Below, piece after piece: positions 29,440 through 43,428 of a stretch of DNA of 64,000 nt (the first letter of the stretch is position 1; each line of letters begins with the position of its first letter). Both the position numbers and the translations under genes were made by a program. This DNA is from Chrysomallon squamiferum (taxonomy: Eukaryota > Animalia > Mollusca): contig CM022672.1 in assembly GCA_012295275.1 (NCBI GenBank), forward strand, positions 3,286,001 through 3,350,000. The letters are read 5' to 3'. The notes beneath the pieces are model-generated. The model was given only the letters and a program-made list of their open reading frames with translations. It was not told the origin of the DNA and ran no database searches.

Positions 29440-31818
29440 GTACATATACACATGTAACTTACCTCAGTGTGATCTGCTGTGACTGCTTGGTTATTTCTAA
29501 TATTTTCAGAATCAGCTTTCTTTCTAACACTCAGTTTAATTTCCCTTTTCTCTTGTCTGGAATGCCTCAACTTTCTTTCTTTTACTTCAGGTTCTTCATC
29601 TATGTCACCTTCAACGTGTACATCCACCTTGACAACAATCTTGTTGCCACAGAGCGGCTCTCTACGTGGATGTTTTCGCAGTTTGACAGTGTGAGCAACA
29701 TCGTCTGTCCAGACTTTTGAAGAGTTATTTCTCTTCCTACAGGATTTCCTTCTTCTAGTTGTTTCAGTCTTCTTTTCAGACGATACCAATTCACAGCCTT
29801 CAATATCATCACTGTAAACAGTCCCTTGATTCTGTTCAAGTCTGTCAATACTTGGTGCTTCATCTTTGGTTAACAAAAGCACCTCCTGAAAGTACAGTAT
29901 TACAGGATTTCTCAGTTTCTCAGTTTCTCAAATTCTGTTTAAAATGCCAAAGAATATTAAAAACTGATTATTATTTTCTTGAATCATCAATACCTAAATT
30001 AAGATTTTAATATCAACAGTTATTAACAGATATCAGTGACCAAAAAAATATATATTTTTGATATAATTAGAGAAGAAACCTGATGTAAACAAGCATCTGG
30101 ATACGCTTACAGATTAGCAGAAACTTGAGAACAGTTTTTTTTTAAACTTATTTTAAACATGGATTTATCTTCCCAGAGATATGAAAATGCATTCCATGGC
30201 CTGAAACAAAACAAGAGTAGTAGCAATGGCAGCTGGAACAAATAGATGCATGGGTGTCTTATGAATTGATCCTGCAAACAAGTTCATCCCAAGTTCACTT
30301 TGTGGTAATTAAAAAAACAAAACACTTATTTTTAGATCTATGATTCTATATTGAGAATATACATTACAGTAAATAGAGACAGGCCCTCTAGACAAAATAC
30401 TATGAAAATATATTACTGCATACACAGTACTAGTGTGTTAGTAAGACATTACAGTATTAATATAAAGAAACAACCCAGAAAACAACTACATAAGTAATAT
30501 ATCTATGTATGCAGAGGTTATCTGTATTATATTACAATAGGAAAACTTTTAATACATCCATACAACTTGTTTTAATACTCACAGTATATAAATTTTATAC
30601 ATTGTTTTTAATTACTTATTTAGTGAAATACAGGTACCAATACAAAAATGAAAATTTATCAATACTTTTACTGCTAAATGAATGCATGTTATTTAATGGA
30701 ATAAAAGTACAACATTTTACTGATGACATAGTAAACATCCTTACTGCCAGTTCCTTTTTTTCTTCCCACTTCATACCAGTTATGTCAATATCAGTATCTG
30801 AAAGAATGTATTGAAACAGAGCTGAATTCATCTATCAGAATTAAAAACTGAATTATCAACAACAAATCCACTGTATCTTTCATCAGCAAATCTTTTAGAA
30901 ATTATTCATAATTTTATGAACAAATTCTATCAAAGACATTTCACTGCTGACACTTTTGTTAACTGGTATTTGCAGTGACAAAAGCTGTTTCACATGTATG
31001 TTTTCTAAACAAAGAGGGTAAAATCTACTAATCTTTGATACATCAGGTGAATTAACAAGCTAAAATGACAAATTTTCTCAGGAATTAATGCATTATACAT
31101 ATTATTTTCATTACAGTTCATGTTTAAATGGTTGACATATAAAAGTCTACAGAAAAAAAAAGAAATACATTGCTAGAAAATCAAATACGAAAAAAAATAT
31201 ATTTCTTTTTGACTCAAAGTTTGTAATTAGAGGGCAAAACATTTTAAAGAAAAAACAACAAACTATCCTAATCCCTATACAGTTGAGAAATTTCATTCAG
31301 GACAACAGTCACCTTGTAAACATTTATTGTACAGTTCTTCTTTTGAGTGGTCAGGTATGTCTTTTTCATTAGCACCCTCTTTTATCCTCCTGTTGGCAGT
31401 CTGCAACAAGACAATAACAACAGTTATCAGATAAGTTATTTCTTTTTCTTTAAAATACTGTGATGAAGAGACTTTATTTTGGAATACAATGGTTTGACAT
31501 TCTTCACTGGGTAATTAAATGTTTTATTATTATTAACAACAGATAATGCATACAGATACATTATGCTACTGAATATGAAGGAACTGGAAAGTATTTTTTT
31601 TTTTTTAATCTAATAAAGAATTATTTTATTTTTGATTACCTATTTACTTATTGATTTCATTTTTACATTAATAATTTGATTTCACATATGCAAACAAAAT
31701 TCTGGTATTTATCTGTATGTAAATATTAAAATACAATTTTGCAATTTTCTTTTTCCAAACAAGATCTATTAATCACATCCAGTTTTGATGCCTCTAACAT
31801 AATCATTTGATATATATG

Positions 31819-31856
<38 letters not shown>

Positions 31857-32096
31857 AGAAATATCTCCAAATTTCACTAATTAGCATGCATTTTTCTATT
31901 AGTAATATTTGATTTTTGTTTCTTTTCTTTAAAATGAATATTCACACAAATATTGACATTCATACATTTATGCAAATACACAACTACAATGCTATAAAAT
32001 GAGAGTGCTTAGATGAATGTATAAAAACGTTACATTATCTGGGTTGTTGTCATCTCCTCCTCCTATGTGACTCTCGGGATTATCATGTACATCCAT
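19541..32096 (-). CDS. UIMC1: BRCA1-A complex subunit RAP80 (UIMC1)-like, about 16 coding exons
   Basis: Largely phase-compatible exons (approximate): 32096-32034, 31400-31313, 30797-~30745, 29886-29464, 28364-28071, 27526-27429, 26845-26743, 26241-26171, ~25256-23968, 23682-~23550 (donor uncertain), 22973-22949, 22227-22139, 21855-21798, ~20933-20731, 20532-20499, 19796-19541. Abraxas-interacting-region-like DPVTHAKDILKQFDLYQRRVRLAQ...WGDPI, UBZ fingers CPLC...HASEC and CMIC...HVDSC, and C-terminal SPLKTFKRISE...DFRNQF plus a basic tail, all as in vertebrate RAP80. Confidence 0.8.
20968..21222. repeat. 56-bp minisatellite (3 exact copies plus 1 variant) in a RAP80 intron
   Basis: Unit aatacagaaccattatcaacaaaaacatgaactaatatacatgcaaaatatattct at 21055, 21111 and 21167; variant at 20968. 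Confidence 0.92.
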
Positions 32097-32689
32097 TGCT
32101 AATAACTGCAAATTATATAAAAACTATTTGAAAGAAATTTTAATTCTTCATTATTCTCAAATAACATGATGCAATTAAACCAGTTTATTAGTGGGATTTA
32201 AAAACAGATCAGTTTGTAATATAGTTAGCTGTACCAGCAACTAGTTCAAACACTTGAAATGCATTTATATCTACTAGTAAAAAAAAGCAACTTTATTTCA
32301 GACTATTAAAAGGCCAATTATGTCATAATGTGAATATAAACATAAACTACTATTGTTGTTGTTTTTTGAATGAGTGTATTTAGTTTTTTGACAATTGAGA
32401 GAAGAGTTTAAAATTATTTTTAAGCATGGCATCAAAGATACTGGATTATTTGATTTTATGTATGTTGAACAAAATATAACACATCAGTATGCAACAATTC
32501 AGCTAGTTTCACTTTCAAAGATGGCAAAATTGGGCTCACTGGGAAACGAATGTTCTGACATATTACCAAGAATCATAAACTTATGATTTAACAAGCCAAT
32601 CAGAACATAGACAGTTTTATTTGACTAAAACAATAAAACAGTAAAATATTCATTAAAACATGGCATACAATAGATCTAACTGAAAGATT

Positions 32690-32894
32690 ACCTAGTAGTA
32701 GTAGTACAGGACAAGTCTTGAATCCAATTTATATTTTTATATTATTTTCCTTCGAGTCATTGTCAACTAGAAAAAAAATGCAACTTTTCAGAATTATATG
32801 TTTGACTTCAGTTTAACTTCAAACTGTATTTATATGCTGATCGATCCTTGTCCTTTACTGGCTTTAGCCAGTTTAGGAAATAACTTTCGAAATC

Positions 32895-32925
<31 letters not shown>

Positions 32926-33300
32926 GAATAGGAAGAAATAATAAAATAAATAAATAAAAATAATAATAATAATAATAATAAATGATATAATATTATATCT
33001 CGAGGTACATATTTTAGGACATAATGACTTTTCTGTAACTGATTAAATTTTATAAATACTATGGCTAACAGAAATAACTGACGTAAGAAGTTGATCAATC
33101 CATCAAAACAAATCGTATAATAGCAGCATGTTAAACTGGTCCCATTCTGTTGGAAAGCGTAACATGCCGATGCCAGACAATATTGTGAGTAAGCCTAAGG
33201 AACGGACCGGGTGTGCATTTCACGATATGGGTTAGGGGGTGTCGGAAGAAATTAGATTAATGTCAAGTAAAGACAAGTACGGAAAATAATGTCAAGGCGA
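32690..33300. promoter_or_regulatory. Probable shared divergent promoter region of UIMC1 and TBC1D12/14
   Basis: Head-to-head gene arrangement; local CpG enrichment; candidate 5'UTR donors gtgagt at ~33185 (+) and gtaatc at ~32691 (-). Confidence 0.55.
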
Positions 33301-34484
33301 TAATATTATTTGGAGATTACAATGTGAACGAAGGAGCGAAATGAGATAAGAGCATTAAATAAAGAATAATGAATGTATGAAAATATTAAATTTTAAACTC
33401 ATCAAAGGAATGTAAGAAGAGTCCGTTTTCAAATTTCTCGAACGAAACAGAGACGTTGTTTTCTTCACATATGTGTGTGGTAGACATTTTTGGACATTAA
33501 AAAAAAAGCTACTGTAAATATAATCATATTCAATTTTTTTTCGAAATAAGTGTGTTTATAGTGGGCCATATATTCAAATAACACCGGTGCTATGAACCAA
33601 AAGTATTAAATACCGGCACAATCCAAGAGTTGAAATTTATTATCATAGTATAAATATTTTCGAAAACATGGCACATAACCCATACAGATTTACACATATT
33701 TTTTATATTTTTATTTCGATGTTAATTATCTTTTATTCCACTTATGAATGAAATTTAATGATTCAAAGCTTTCAATTCAAATAAACGTTATTTCGGTCTG
33801 AATTTAGAACGCACTTTTTGTGGGAATAGGGATTTGTTATTTAATATAATTTAATTTTATATTATTATTATTATTATTATTTTTATTATTTTAATTAATG
33901 TATTAGAAGAAACAAGTTTCTGAATGTTTAATTTTTTGTTTTAGCAAATACTGGTTGTTTTGTTACTGAAAAAGAAATAATAAATAAATAATAATTATAA
34001 AAATTCTTCTCAAACCAGTTTAATGTTTTCTATTCTCAATGACCCAAAATAGTAATTACACAATATATAATTTCTGTCATTTTATTTATTACTGTTAATT
34101 AATGATACTGCATCAAGCAATAATATTATTTAATGATATTTGTGTCTTGTTTATTAATATAAAAGTATTTATTAAATTATTTTCTTTCTAATGACAGGAA
34201 AATATCCTTTGGTGTGAGGCTACGATCCCACCCCCTAATTAGCATAAACAGTAATGGCTTCTGTTGAAAGAATGGAGTGTGATGAAAAATCTTCAGCTTG
34301 TGATTGTGGAATATGTCAGTGCCATAACTAAACTTAATTGTTGTAGATGATGTAGATACATTCATTTCTAATTAATCTGTCTAATAATCAGAGTCAAAAT
34401 TAAAACCATGAACTCACTTTTCATAGAATTATTTCAGATCGTTTTATACCTCCGATGTCATGCACGTCATTTTTGTCTTGAGGA

Positions 34485-36936
34485 ATGTCAACAATGGGAA
34501 AGTCGACCGTGTGTTTGTCGGGAAGAATGACATTAGGAGTTATGTGTGAAGATCTGGATGATACGGCGCTTTCTGAAATGCGTGGAACAAAGTCTGGAAG
34601 TGAAAGCGACATAAGAACAATCAATTTGTTTGAACATTTTGAAGATGTTGACACTTTGAAGTCTCGGGTTCAGAATGCGATGACCGGTGATGTAACAAAA
34701 GAGGAATCTGCTGATCCTCTCAAAACCTACGAAGATGATTCGGATAAAAAACTGGCGAAAACTACTTCAAACTGTAATGGTAATGAAGTCAGCCACGATA
34801 AAAGTACTTGTGACGGTCCTAACCCTAGTAACTGTCATGAAGGTTCACAGTCATCAGAAAAAGTGTTTGTTGATAGAGGTGAGACTTCAGAGACTCAGCC
34901 AATAGCAGAGAACAAAAATACAAACAGATCAAAACTGCAAAGTGGCATAAAGTCTGGGTTGTTGATGTCACCAATATCATTAACACAGGATATGCCTGTT
35001 TCAGTTGCTGATAGCAACAGGTTTTCTCGGGTTCTAGAAAATATGCCTCTGCCCTTAGTATATATTCCTACAACTAAACAATTAGTTTCTGGTCAAAATC
35101 TTAAAGATAATTTTAATCAGAATTCTATTGTCCCTGCTTGTGAAATAACATTACCTGAAGCAAACTATCCTTCAGATTATGATAAAAGTTTGGTTTGCAA
35201 TGGATCTGATACCCATGATCTGTCAGAAAATATCTCAAATATTAGCTTGCACTCGACATTTGATGACGATAAATGTGAACTGACTGAAATTACGAATAAA
35301 TGTAAATCACTTGAAGTAGAAACTCGCTCAGGCAAAGACCCGGACCAGTTAACTTTGCATAGTGTTGACTGTCTTATACCACAACTAGGGGAACGTCATT
35401 ACACTGATGTTTCCAGTCTGTCTAGTGTCAGTACTAATACAGACTTTTCTGTATCTGCAGCATCTCTGGGTGAAGAATATAGTGAGTCGAAAAGCATGTC
35501 TTTTGAAGTGGAAGAAGCTGGTTTTAGTGATATTAATTTATATTCGAGAAATTCCTACGAGCGAACTCACAACATGAATCAAGAAAATAAGTCTGATGAG
35601 AGAGGAGCCAAGCCAAAGAAGGGTGGACTTCCTAATTTCTTTTCTAGGTATGATTATATTTTTAAATGATTTTTTTTTTTGAATTTTTGCTATTATGTGT
35701 ATTTATAGGTTTGCAAGGTTGATTCTCACTGGTGCAGTGTTTTTTCACAGATTCCATAGTATGTATTTTTCTGTCTACAAAAGAATGCCACACTGTTAAT
35801 ATACTGTCAGTATATTTTTTTCTGTATCATAATTATTAATAAACCATTTTTATATCTTATGAAGTAACTTAACATTAAAATATACTGATATAATTTTAAA
35901 TACTATTTATTCATTAATTTATTTGTTTAAATATATGAAAAACAAAATGTTGTTAACATATTTCAATTATTTTTATTTTTATCTAAGTCTGTAATCAGTT
36001 TACATGAATATATATACACACACACACTCATTTCTAATTAAACTAATATTCAGTTCAGAATTTAAACCATGAATTCACTTTACACAGAATTATATATATA
36101 TACACACACAAACACACACACACACTCATTTCTAATTAAACTAATATTCAGTTCAGAATTTAAACCATGAATTCACTTTACACAGAATTATATATATATA
36201 CACACACAAACACACACACACACTCATTTCTAATTAAACTAATATTCAGTTCAGAATTTAAACCATGAATTCACTTTCCACAGAATTATATATATATATA
36301 TATATATTGTGGTACCAGCTGGCAGATTCCATGATTGCATTTCATACTTGCCTTGATAGCTCAAAATATGGATGAACTCCATAGCCAAAAACCCCACATA
36401 TCTGCTCTTGTTGGTTTGCCTCTGTACCCTTCCTACAAAGTCCAGTAATTCACTGGCTATGTCAGATAAAAAAAAGATTAAAGAACAGACAGATAGCACA
36501 GTGTCCCAAAATGTCCACAGCTATCAAGTAATTCAAAGGTTTTGATTAGCTTTTGGTCATAAAATACATAGAGATCGTACATTAACATTGTAAATGACTT
36601 CAGTGAAAACTTGATAAAAATTAAGTTGACCCTCCAGCATTCCTTGGTGAGGCACCATAATATATATATATATAAATTAATGAATAAGAAGTTATTTAAA
36701 TAGTATAAAAATTATATATATAGATCCTTTTTGAAGCTAATATTTATTTATTTATTTATTATGAATACTGACATGAAGTATATGACTATGAGTCAGTCAG
36801 TCAGTAATTTTCTTATCTGTATCTGTACTGAAGCATAAAACTCAAAGCACGACAAAACAGATAATTACACAGTGAGTGACAGTATCCCATGTGTTATAGT
36901 CTATGTTATAACAGAGAAAAGTAAATCAACATACTG

Positions 36937-36983
<47 letters not shown>

Positions 36984-38177
36984 CAAAATGTTAGAACACA
37001 ATGAAAATAATATTGATCTGCATATATTGCATTAATATTACACACACATCAATTTTATGCACACATATTACACAAACACGTGTATATATATATATATAAA
37101 GAAAACAAACAGAAATTATTATACTAATATTTACCTTTTATTAACAGGAAACATTTTCATGTTGTTAACAAAGTTATGCAACAAAGGAATTTATTATCAG
37201 CCTTTCACTTAACTAATAAATAAAACATTTGTGTACAGATAAACAGCATGATAAAAATAGTGTTAGGTAATTCAGATGCCTTGTTGACAGATCATTTCTT
37301 ACAGACAGTATGTGTGTGTTTTGTATGTAAATACACATAATGCATGTACATGTAATTTTACAAATATTTGTTTTGACTTTTAAATTGATCTGTTAAGTGG
37401 GGTAACAGAGAATAAAATTATATTTTACTTGATGTGAGGGTATGTGTGTATGTGTGTGTGTGTGTTTGTTTGTGGGTGTGTGTGTGTTGTCTTACTTAAC
37501 TGAGGTACTAATATACAGAATATGTCAGTAGTAATAAATAATGCATTGGAAATATAACCATATAAGTGTTTTATGATTTAAGTGTGCAAATTATTTTAAT
37601 ATTCAAATATGATTCCTTCTTCCTTTGTAATGAGAAATGACCGAAATAAAATTCCAATTTTTTTTTTTTTTTTCTTTTCATTTTTCCATTAGTTAATGAT
37701 GCCAGTTATGCAGGAGAATTATACTGATTGATTATTTGCTTATGTTATTGAAATACAAAAAAAAAAAAAAAAAAAAAATTATTTATGTTCTTGCTTGCCT
37801 GTTATATTTCTGGTTGCAAATGGTAGAATGTTACAATAATATCTTCCATTAACAAATTTCATCATTACAGCAAAATACGTGATGTTGGAAAATAATTTGT
37901 TACAAAACCCATTTTTTAGTTTATAGACAATTAATTAAAATTAAATAATATAGGATGACGTAGGTTGTAATCTTTTAGTCAACCAAGACAGAATTCTTTG
38001 TAATCCAAACACTCATTACTCTCCCATGGATATGTAAACTACTACTAACAGTTATTGTTGTTGTTTTGATAAACAGAGTAATCATTTTCAAAGAGTATTG
38101 TTTATTGGTAATATAGAGTAGTTATACCTTTTTGAATATAATTTGATACTTAATCCTCATCAGCAAATATTTTTCAC

Positions 38178-38229
<52 letters not shown>

Positions 38230-38931
38230 ATTTATTATCATTTTTTAAATATTTATATGATGAAAATTATAAAGATTAAAATAGAAGGCAGCATGTTTTC
38301 TTTGCCACATGTAAATGTCAAATGTTTTGAGTTGTTGGATAGAGCTATTCAGAAAACAGTTTTATTTTTACTGATAAGAATATGTTTAACTTAAATCACT
38401 GCGAAATGCATATATTCATTTCTGTGGATATAGATTGAAAAGCAGCTAATGTGATCAGAATTGCTCTTAATTAACTGAAAGAAAACTGATCATCAGTGGT
38501 TTCAAATCCTTTTGATATACATTAAACCAAGAATGTCATTTATAGAGGAATGGGACAGACTTTTTTGAACTGAAATGTAATGAAAATGGTTTCTTGTACT
38601 CTGTTATTATGGCCCTTTTTGACAAACAAAAGTATTACCAGTTAATAGCAATCCTTTGAACTTTGATACTAACAGATTGTTTAATAGTGTTGGATTGTAA
38701 AAAGCATTGTACAGTTCAGTGGTAATCCTGATATAACTCAGAGGCCTAAGATTGCTAAAGTGCTAACTACATCTGCTAAAGAACTAAACATCAATCATTT
38801 GGATATGAAGTTCCCACCTGAGAGAAACCTTTTCTTTTTCATTTTAAAATTTTTATTTTTAATATTATTATTTAATTTTTATATTAAAGAGACTGATGCT
38901 TTCATCTGAACACTAATTTAAAATTGTGTGT

Positions 38932-38966
<35 letters not shown>

Positions 38967-39391
38967 CATTATACATTTATGCACAAGAAACCATCACATT
39001 AACAATTTATCCTTTAATGCTAGTACATTGGATATCCTTATATCCTTGATAATTGTGTGTATCTATACATAGATACATATATCAGAAAAAAAGAAAATAG
39101 CTATTTGAAACATCCATTAACCAACTCATTAGTTGCATTGTATTTCACATGGTGGCTGTTTCACTTTGCTCTTGAATCACCACACTTACATTTATCACAT
39201 CTTTCCACTGATAATTATTCAATTGTTTGATCTTCCTATTCCAATGAACAAATGTTTTTGGTCTATACAGCTGGCAATTTTTCATCAGGGCTACCAGTAT
39301 TTAAGACTTGCCAGTCTTTGTGATGACTTTTTGAGTGAATTTCCAACACTGTGTTTATTACTGATGTTCAGAATATTATTTTATAGTAATA

Positions 39392-39423
<32 letters not shown>

Positions 39424-39430
39424 AATAATG

Positions 39431-39469
<39 letters not shown>

Positions 39470-42400
39470 CATGAAGAAGAAACAAAGAACATTAGTTGAA
39501 AAAAATTTTTGTGTTAATCAAATTGTCTCTGTTGTGACAGCAGATATATCCTGTATTATACATCACTTTCATATAAAAGTCTGGTTAACATCAAATAACC
39601 ATTAATAATGAAATGTGTTGTAATGTTATTAAATAAATATTCATGTTCCAGATATTACAAAGAAAATTCAGTTTTTTTTAAAATTATAATTTAAAAAAAA
39701 CCCCAGATGTTGAGAAAATCAAAATGTGCAATAGCAACTTCTGTCATAATTTACCAGTTTTTTTTTTTTTTGTAATGATAAGGAAAAGAAATATGTTGCT
39801 GCTTCCCCATGGGCTACATGATTAATGGCAAATAATTTCTTTTATGTGTATATGCAGTTGTCTCCCCAGCATTTGTGAAAGGGATCTTGGGAATTGGTGT
39901 AACTGGTGCAAGGTTAAACTAAATGATGATACAGAAAATGTTCAGGGTATAAATACTTTGAACAATGTTTGTCAAAAATACTCCTATAAATAATTGCATC
40001 AAAGACATTAACTATTAACAAGTTTATTTTACTTTGTGCAATTAAATAAATTCAGAGTGTTTGTTTAATTTATTATACAAAATGAAGTTCACTAAATAAA
40101 CGGGTGGCAGATATTGCTGTCGTTTGGCAACAAATGGCAGGCAAATTCATCATAAGCCATAAAGGATGGTGGGCCTGCCACCTCTTACAGTATGTAGCAA
40201 GATCTCTGGTATGTATACAGACTTTACTTACTTAACAACCTACCTGTTTAACAGAACTGAGCAGAAATGTGACCAGCTTTTGATCAGTCAGTATTGTACT
40301 GTATGGAATGGCTGGAACTTGTCAGTCTGAAGTTGGTCAGTGTTCATTATTCTGGTTTTCACAACCTCCAAGACTATGTAGTTTGTCTATGAATTTGTAC
40401 TTCATTGTGTGCCCCATTGCACAAGATTGTATAATTAAAACCAAATTATCATTGGAGTTTTCTTTAGAAATTATCTTTATTCAAAATAAATAAAAACAAT
40501 TACCTGAATTTACAATATCCAAACCTAAGAATGTATATTAATTTCTCTATTCTTTTTTTTAATTTTATTTTACAAAATATGGTACATTACTGTATAAACA
40601 TTAAAAAATATACTATGTTATAAATAGTGCAAACTTGACATTAGAACAATATTTAAAGATGGTTGACAGAAACCCACTACTAGTAACAGGATGATTAAAA
40701 TACTGGTAAGAGGCAGCTTCTGACTTGTTGAAAATTCACTAACTACATAGTCATAGGAACAAAACCAAGTCATTAAGTGAGGAGTACCTTTATTTATCAT
40801 AAATAACATATGCTTATATCTACTGGAAAGCTATTATATATTTTAATTTTTTTATTTAAAATTTATTTAATTTTTTTTTTTTTTTATTTTTATTTTTTTC
40901 AGATATGTATGTTACTTAAATGTAGCAGTGCATTAATAAACTGAATGGTGTTATCAATATTAAAAAAAAAAAAAAAAAAAAAAAACAGTTAAAATAGCAG
41001 AAGTCTTATCAAGTTAATTGTTAAGATTTTTAAATTTTGTTTTTAGAAATATATTTTCTCGCAAGCCCAAAGATGTGTCAGTACCAGAAAGTCCACCTGG
41101 CTGGAAACTGTTTGGTAGAATTCCTCCTAAGTCAGTTCCAACCAAAGATGCACAACAAATATCTGAAGAATATCAAGCTCGGAGAAGAGCCATACAGCAA
41201 AGTAACGCACAGGGCAAGAAACAAGATATTGAAGTTCTGTCCACCACAGGACTTATTCTGGAGAACAGGCCCATGTACGTGAAATATATAGATAGATAAA
41301 TAGATGAATAGATATATATATATAATAGACAGAGACACATATACATAATACAGGTTGAGAATCCTTTATCTGAAATGCTTGGGACCGGAAGTGTTTTGGA
41401 TTTTGGAATATATGGAAATAGCATGATAATAGAATCTACGTCTAAATATGAATTCCATTTAGTTTTCATATACAGCTTTCTCAGACAGTCTGCAGGATTT
41501 TTTATTTTTATTTTTAATTTTTTTAAAATAATTTTGTGCATAAAATGCAGTTTTTTTAAAACTGTAAGCTATTATTATTTCTGCTGCTCAGAAAAAAGTT
41601 TCAGATTTCAGAGCTTTTTACTTTAGGAATTTTGGATAAGGGATCCTCAACCTGTACACACATATAAACACTTAATTTCATTAAATTATTTTTACGATTA
41701 TCCACTTGTACATTTTTTTAATATAGCATCATTATAAAACAATCTCACATTCAGTATGTATTTTCAAAATGTTTTTTCAAAATGTTTTTGTTTTTTTTTT
41801 TTTTTTTTTTTTAGGAACCTACCAAGCAAGGCACCTGAAGAAGCAGAGAAACACAGACAGGAGTATGAAGCAATAGTTGAGAGTGTTAAAAGAAAAGGTA
41901 AATATTGTGGCCTGTATTCAGGGATCCAAACCTGTAATTTCAGTATTATTAAAATCAGATCTTGTTGTGTTTTTTGGTTTTGTTTTTGCTTGTTATCGTA
42001 AAAAAAAAAAAAAAAAAATAATAATAATAATAATAATAATAAATCTTTGTAACTTGGATAATTCAACAAATATAATTTTATTCATTTATAGATATCTTGT
42101 AGTTTTTGTGTGTGTTAATGATTTTTGTTGTTTTTATTATTATTATTATTATTATTATAATATTAATTATTATTTTTATTTATTTCTTTTTTCTTTTTTT
42201 TTAATTGTTTTCAATCAGTTGATTATACTATATAATGTAATCTAGTAAATGAATTATACTTAAAATACATTTACTACATTAAAACAAAATAATAATAACA
42301 ATAATAATAATAATAAAATTTAATAATCACATTACACATAGAAATTAAGTACCTAACATCAATAATCAGATTTGTAATAAAAATCCACTGATTGTTTCCA

Positions 42401-42662
42401 AAAATATTATACATCATTTGTCACAAGTTTTCATCAAATTAGTCTTAATTCTTAGTGTTGATCAACTTGAAACAGCCAAAAGCAGATTTTTCCATCAAAC
42501 AACAAATGTTCTTTATTTGCAGTTAAAAGTGTTGAAGATAAAACTATTCTAAAATATTTAAAATAGCATTGTTTCTCATATTTTAAATTTGTAATCATAC
42601 TTTTACAGGGTCTGAACAGTCTAAAGAACATATAAAATAATTAAAATCATTATATTTTAAAA

Positions 42663-42703
<41 letters not shown>

Positions 42704-43385
42704 ACGTATCATATCTTTTTAACATCACTCTTCAAGTTCCACTAAAAAGCAGGTTAAAAATGTAGAGTCATAATCACGAGACGTTTTAGCACCAACATGT
42801 GACTTGATTGTCAATGTTGTGCTGCTTTTGTTGTTGTGTGTCTGTTGTGATTTGGGTCAAGTCTTATACAATCATTGAAACAAAGGTGAAAAAGGCAACA
42901 AAAAACCCCACCAAGTAACATAGACAGAAAACGCCTACTAGTCACGCAGTCTGTTATCTTTTCTTCTGTTGGGTCACACGTTGTACTGTTTTGAAAATAA
43001 TACCCGTAATATCAAATTGTACAGTGACGTCAACCCATCATGAAACGGAAACATTAGCTGACTGAAATTTCACTAGCACTGGATGAAAATTTAAATGTTT
43101 CTGTTCATCATATTCTAATAAACCATTGTTGCTTTAGTAAAAACATATCATTACTGTATTTGTAATTTTCACTGGTAAATAAATGGTGTCCAAGAACTGA
43201 TTTAATTAATGCTTTATTTATACAAAATTGTTTTTTAATAGGGATTACTATTATTATTATTATTATTATTAGTAGTAGTACTATTAGTAGTTCTTCAGGT
43301 AATTTCTGAAATGACTAAAAAAAAATACATAATCACACATATATTGATATATATACAGACAAATACATTGATAGAATACTAACCA

Positions 43386-43428
<43 letters not shown>

